Origin: Candidatus Bathyarchaeota archaeon
Lineage (GTDB): Archaea; Thermoproteota; Bathyarchaeia; Bathyarchaeales; Bathycorpusculaceae
Assembly (NCBI GenBank): GCA_963811105.1
Contig: CAWEPZ010000011.1
Location: 480,001 to 544,000 of the forward strand
DNA: 64,000 nt
Direction: 5' to 3'
Shown here one piece after another: positions 59,521-64,000 of this stretch; the first letter of the stretch is position 1; each line of letters begins with the position of its first letter. The position numbers were made by a program, and so were the translations under genes. The notes under the pieces were generated by a model, which worked only from the letters and a program-made list of their open reading frames with translations, was not told the DNA's origin and ran no database searches.

Positions 59521-61236
59521 ATGTCAAGCAAGCGGAAACTTGAGGCTGCGCCTGAAAAGGCTTTTCCAAAAACTGCGTCTGGAATCCGAGGATTAGACGA
59601 GATTACTTTTGGTGGATTACCAAAAGGGCGTCCTACATTGATTGCGGGAGGTCCAGGAAGCGGCAAGACATTGATGTCTATGGAGTTTCTTGTCCGAGGG
59701 GCTATGGATTATGAAGAGCCTGGCGTTTTCATGGCCTTCGAGGAAACTACCGAAGAACTATCCCAAAACGTCGCCTCTTTGGGTTTTGACTTAAATGAAC
59801 TAATTGCAGAAAAAAAAATTTTAGTAGATTACGTTAGAGTTGAACGAAGCGAAATTGAAGAAACAGGTGAATACGACCTCGAAGGTCTATTTGTTCGCCT
59901 TAATTACGCAATCGAAAGCATTGGCGCCAAACGAGTCGTACTCGACACTATTGAATCCTTGTTCGCAGGCTTAGGTAACGAAGCTATTTTACGTGCCGAA
60001 CTTCGCAGATTGTTCCGTTGGCTAAAAGACAAAGGCGTAACAGCGATAATTACTGCCGAGCGTGGTGAAGCCACTCTTACCCGCTATGGATTAGAAGAGT
60101 ATGTTTCCGACTGTGTAATTGTTCTTGATCATAGAGTTCAGAACCAGATTTCTACAAGGCGCTTACGAATTGTAAAGTATCGAGGCTCAGTTCACGGCAC
60201 AAATGAGTATCCTTTCTTGATTGATGAAAAGGGCATTTCAATATTGCCAATCACTTCACTGACACTAAATTACCAAATTTCTACCAAACGTGTTTCAAGC
60301 GGCATCGCTAGATTAGACGGGATGCTTGAGGGAAAAGGCTTCTACCAAGGCAGCACCGTATTGGTTTCAGGCACTGCAGGAACAGGCAAAACCAGCATTG
60401 CATCGAGCTTTGCCTATGCAACCTGTCAAAGAGAGGAGCGATGCCTTTATTTTGCCTTTGAGGAGCCACCAAACCAAATAATGCGAAACATGAAATCAAT
60501 AGGCATAGACCTTCAACCATTTGTCCAAAAAGGATTGCTAAAGTTCCACGCAGTACGCTCTACATTTTATGGTTTAGAAACGCATTTGGTGCAAATGCAA
60601 AAATTGACAGATGAATTCAAACCTGCCTCTGTAATCGTGGATCCAATTACTAATCTTATTAATGCGGGAGATCAAAACGACGTAAAATCTATGCTGACAC
60701 GTCTAATTGACTATTTGAAATCCAAGCAAATTACAACGGTATTCACGAACTTGACTCATCTAGCTGGTCTTGAGTCTACAGAATCTGAGGTTTCGTCAAT
60801 AATGGATACGTGGATCCTGCTAAGAGATATTGAACTAGGTGGAGAACGTAACCGAGGAGTTTATGTCCTGAAATCCCGAGGCATGGCTCACTCTAACCAG
60901 ATACGTGAGTTCCTTATAACGAGCAAAGGCGTCGACATAATAGATGTTTACACAGGATCGGCAGGCGTGCTTACAGGTTCGGCAAGGCTTGCTCAGGAAA
61001 TAAAGGATCAGGCTGCAGAAGATTCACGTAGAGAAGAAATTGAAAAGCTTCAACGTGACCTAGAACGCAAACGCAAGCTAATGGAAGCTCAGGTTACTGC
61101 TCTGGCAGCAGAATATACAGCTCAAGAGGAAGAAGTGAAGCAACTCCTCAACCAAGAAAAACGCCATGAAAATGCGATAGATGAAAATAGGAAAGAAATG
61201 GGCCGCATGCGCAAAGCAGACAAAAAAAAAATTTAG
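59521..61236 (+). CDS. kaiC: Double-domain KaiC with C-terminal coiled-coil extension
   Basis: GGPGSGKT and GTAGTGKT, FEE twice, KYRGSVHGTNEYPF, VSSIMDTW, KSRGMAHSNQIREF. Confidence 0.95.
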   Translation: MSSKRKLEAAPEKAFPKTASGIRGLDEITFGGLPKGRPTLIAGGPGSGKTLMSMEFLVRGAMDYEEPGVFMAFEETTEELSQNVASLGFDLNELIAEKKILVDYVRVERSEIEETGEYDLEGLFVRLNYAIESIGAKRVVLDTIESLFAGLGNEAILRAELRRLFRWLKDKGVTAIITAERGEATLTRYGLEEYVSDCVIVLDHRVQNQISTRRLRIVKYRGSVHGTNEYPFLIDEKGISILPITSLTLNYQISTKRVSSGIARLDGMLEGKGFYQGSTVLVSGTAGTGKTSIASSFAYATCQREERCLYFAFEEPPNQIMRNMKSIGIDLQPFVQKGLLKFHAVRSTFYGLETHLVQMQKLTDEFKPASVIVDPITNLINAGDQNDVKSMLTRLIDYLKSKQITTVFTNLTHLAGLESTESEVSSIMDTWILLRDIELGGERNRGVYVLKSRGMAHSNQIREFLITSKGVDIIDVYTGSAGVLTGSARLAQEIKDQAAEDSRREEIEKLQRDLERKRKLMEAQVTALAAEYTAQEEEVKQLLNQEKRHENAIDENRKEMGRMRKADKKKI

Positions 61237-61262
61237 ACTATTGATCGGGAAAATGAAAGTTA

Positions 61263-61589
61263 ATGAGCCAAAAAGATGAATCTCCAAAAGAAACAGGAAA
61301 CAAATCAGACACTTGGGAACTACGGCTTTATGTTGCTGGACAAACCCCGAATTCTATGAAAGCCTTGGCTAATTTAAAGAAACTTTGTGAGGAATATCTC
61401 AAATCCAAATACACAATAGAAGTTATTGACCTTTGCAAAACGCCTCAGCTAGCTGCAGGCGACCAAATATTAGCTATACCTACGCTAGTGCGAAAGCTTC
61501 CCGAACCCATCAAAAAGATAATTGGCGATCTATCAAACACAGAACGTGTACTTGTTGGGCTTGATATACGTTCAAAATCGCAGGCTTAA
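61263..61589 (+). CDS. kaiB: KaiB
   Basis: [38 protein letters not shown]. Confidence 0.95.
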   Translation: MSQKDESPKETGNKSDTWELRLYVAGQTPNSMKALANLKKLCEEYLKSKYTIEVIDLCKTPQLAAGDQILAIPTLVRKLPEPIKKIIGDLSNTERVLVGLDIRSKSQA

Positions 61590-61628
61590 AATATTCAAAA
61601 AATACTCTTAAAAGAGAGGAACATTTTC

Positions 61629-61982
61629 TTGAAGGAAACCAAAGAAAATAGCTCGTCAAGCGAAATCGAAAAGTCATTGCAAGCAACTGGTGCCGAAAAA
61701 TACGTTCTTCGTTTGTACGTTACAGGCATAACTCCAAGATCAATTAATGCTATTGAGAACACAAGGAAAATCTGCGAAGAAAACCTCCGAGGAAGATACG
61801 AGCTTGAAGTTATTGACATTTATCAACAACCGCAAGAAGCAAAGAAAGAACAAATACTCGCTGCCCCAACGCTTATCAAAAAGTTACCGTTACCTTTGAG
61901 AAAATTCATCGGCGACATGTCAAACAAAGAAAAAATGCTTATTGGATTAAATGTGGTTCCTAAGAAAGATAAGAATGAATAA
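61629..61982 (+). CDS. kaiB: KaiB, second copy
   Basis: LRLYVTGITPRS, LEVIDIYQQP, ILAAPTLIKKLPLPLRKFIGDMS. Confidence 0.93.
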   Translation: MKETKENSSSSEIEKSLQATGAEKYVLRLYVTGITPRSINAIENTRKICEENLRGRYELEVIDIYQQPQEAKKEQILAAPTLIKKLPLPLRKFIGDMSNKEKMLIGLNVVPKKDKNE

Positions 61983-61994
61983 GACGGTTTATCG

Positions 61995-64000
61995 ATGCAA
62001 AAGAAAGCTCACGAAGATTTGGTAGCAGAGGTTCATGAGCTACGAATTCAACTGGAAGAAGCTCAGGAAACTCTCAATGCCATTAGGCGAGGAGAAGTCG
62101 ACGGATTAGTCGTTTCCACTCATAAAGGCGAGCAGGTTTATACCATAAGTGGCGCTGACAGACCTTACCGAGTTCTAATTGAAGAAATGAGGGAAGGCGC
62201 CGTTATGCTCTCAAGCGATAACACCATTTTATATTGCAACAGTGGCTTTGCAAAAATGATTAAATACCCGATGGAAAAAATCGTTGGCAGCTGCGTTCAA
62301 AACATGGTTTTGTCCACTCATATGACAGATTTCGAGGAACTCTTGGCACAAGGCAGAACTGGCAAAGGCAGCATGACCAAAGAAATTACTCTTCACGCGA
62401 ACGACGATAAACTTGTTCAAACATTAATGTCAATTAACTCTTTTAAAATGGACAACATAGAAACCACTTTTCTCATTACAACCGACCTAACTGAACATAT
62501 GGAAGAAGACCTAAAACGCTACACAAACAAATTAGAAACAGAAATCACTGAACGCAAGAAAGCCGAAGAAACTCTACTCTCTAAGAAACGCGAACTTGCC
62601 TCAATTTACGCCAGTGTTCCCGAAGTTCTGTTTTTCTTGTCCATTAACCCAGGAAACTGTTTTCGTTTCTTATCTGTTTCCAAATCCTTCCTGCAGGTTA
62701 CAGGATTAAACGAAAATCAAGTCGTAGGAAAAAGAGTTCAGGAAGTAATTCCCCAGCCGTCTTTATCGCTCGTTCTCGAGAAGTATGAAGAAGCGATTAG
62801 TGAACGTAAAACGATGAGGTGGCAAGAAGTTACAGATTATCCCGCTGGCAAAAAATACGGTGAGGTTTCTGTGACGCCAATCTATGACTTAAATGGTCAC
62901 TGTACAAACCTCATAGGTTTGGTTTATGATATTACTGAGCGTAAGAAAGCTGAAGAAGCGCTGAAGGCTTCGGAAGAAAAAGCTAACCAACTCATAAAAT
63001 ATGCGCCAAGCGGAATCTATGAGCTTGACTATCGTATTCCTCCCAAGTTCAGAAGCGTCAATGATGCAATGTGCCAAATTCTCGGATACACCAGAGAAGA
63101 ATTGCTTGCTACAAGCCCATTTGCCTTATTAGATGATGAAAGCCAGCGGCGTTTCCGAGAAAGAATCATGAAAATGTTGGCAGGCGAAAAAGTAGATGAA
63201 ACGGTCGAATTCAAAGTAATACCTAAAGATGAGCGAGAAATCTACGCTGTACTGAATACAACATTCACTTACAAGAATGAAAAGCCAGATGGGGCATTGG
63301 TAATTGCACATGATGTTACGGAACGCAAGAAAGTTGAAAGGGCGCTTGAGAAGCGGGCTAAGAATTTAGAAAGCTTAGTTGAAGAACGAACGAAAGCATT
63401 ACGAGATTCTGAGCGTTTAGCAGCTATCGGTGCTACTGCTGGTATGGTTGGACATGATATTCGTAATCCCTTGCAGGCTATAATTAGCGATGTCTACTTA
63501 GCTAAAACTGAGTTAGCTTCTATTTCTGATAGTGAAGAGAAAAAGAATACATTAGAAAGTCTGCAAGAAATTGAAAAGAACGTTGATTACATTAACAAGA
63601 TTGTGGCAGACCTGCAGGACTTTGTCAAGCCTCTTAATCCTCATACAGAGGAAACCGATCTGCAATTAGTTATTCGTGATTTGCTTTCAAAAAATAGTTT
63701 GCCTAAAAATATTAACGTAAGCGTTAAGGTTGATGATGAAGCTCGAAAGATTGTTGCTGACGCCACATTCATAAATCGTATTCTGTATAATTTGGTTACT
63801 AATGCTGTTCAAGCCATGCCTAATGGAGGAGAACTGAAAATACATGCTTCCAAAGAGGCAAATGATGTCATAATGACGGTTAAAGATACAGGCGTTGGCA
63901 TTCCTGAAAAAGCGAAAGGCAAGTTGTTTACGCCACTATTTACTACTAAATCTAAAGGTCAAGGTTTCGGTTTAGCTGTAGTTAAGCGAATGACTGAATC
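61995..64000 (+). CDS. Multi-PAS histidine kinase, truncated by the window end
   Basis: MQKKAHEDL...LEEAQETLNAIRRGEVDGLVV; three PAS-like units (DLTE, DITERK, DVTERK); in-frame H-box GHDIRNPL at 63453; GQGFGL. Confidence 0.9.
   Translation, partial: MQKKAHEDLVAEVHELRIQLEEAQETLNAIRRGEVDGLVVSTHKGEQVYTISGADRPYRVLIEEMREGAVMLSSDNTILYCNSGFAKMIKYPMEKIVGSCVQNMVLSTHMTDFEELLAQGRTGKGSMTKEITLHANDDKLVQTLMSINSFKMDNIETTFLITTDLTEHMEEDLKRYTNKLETEITERKKAEETLLSKKRELASIYASVPEVLFFLSINPGNCFRFLSVSKSFLQVTGLNENQVVGKRVQEVIPQPSLSLVLEKYEEAISERKTMRWQEVTDYPAGKKYGEVSVTPIYDLNGHCTNLIGLVYDITERKKAEEALKASEEKANQLIKYAPSGIYELDYRIPPKFRSVNDAMCQILGYTREELLATSPFALLDDESQRRFRERIMKMLAGEKVDETVEFKVIPKDEREIYAVLNTTFTYKNEKPDGALVIAHDVTERKKVERALEKRAKNLESLVEERTKALRDSERLAAIGATAGMVGHDIRNPLQAIISDVYLAKTELASISDSEEKKNTLESLQEIEKNVDYINKIVADLQDFVKPLNPHTEETDLQLVIRDLLSKNSLPKNINVSVKVDDEARKIVADATFINRILYNLVTNAVQAMPNGGELKIHASKEANDVIMTVKDTGVGIPEKAKGKLFTPLFTTKSKGQGFGLAVVKRMTE

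Noticed and set aside
61221-61231. Poly-A run at the end of kaiC as a phase-variation or frameshift site
   Set aside because: It only encodes terminal lysines in an AT-rich genome, and kaiB has its own ATG downstream
1-64000. Genome-wide TAG recoding (pyrrolysine-type code)
   Set aside because: Full-length genes end at TAG at their expected C-termini (GT4s ending at 3623 and 4807, L35Ae, kaiC), the two GT4 frames I extended hit another stop within a few codons, and no pyl genes are in the window

Overview
AT-rich archaeal chromosome segment. It is most likely Bathyarchaeia, inferred from L35Ae, aIF-1A, a tRNA with a non-canonical intron, frequent TTG starts and lineage-typical PAS kinases. 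Bases 1-23.7 kb are a minus-strand surface-glycan locus: GT4/GT2/GT-C glycosyltransferases, three SDR epimerases, methyltransferases and a glutaminase-amidotransferase fusion. Bases 24.9-29.4 kb are a complete bacterial-type NHEJ operon (LigD-POL, Ku, an unusual LIG-PE fusion, DUF72, MBL hydrolase) set divergently from an RPA/SSB-like gene. Bases 34-37 kb hold L35Ae, aIF-1A with an in-frame LysW-like ORF after the amber stop, small ORFs, a long hairpin and a TRAM protein. Bases 37-58 kb are an accretion zone around tRNA-Arg(CCT). It contains degenerate copies of the tRNA 3' arm between unrelated genes, an intact IS1182 with a DUF2080 gene, a decayed tyrosine integrase bounded by an intron-less copy of the tRNA 5' half, and a decaying RadA-like cassette. 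Bases 59.5-64 kb are kaiC-kaiB-kaiB plus a PAS histidine kinase. Several genes appear to need ATC/ATT/ATA start codons. All family calls come from motif recognition by eye; no searches were run.
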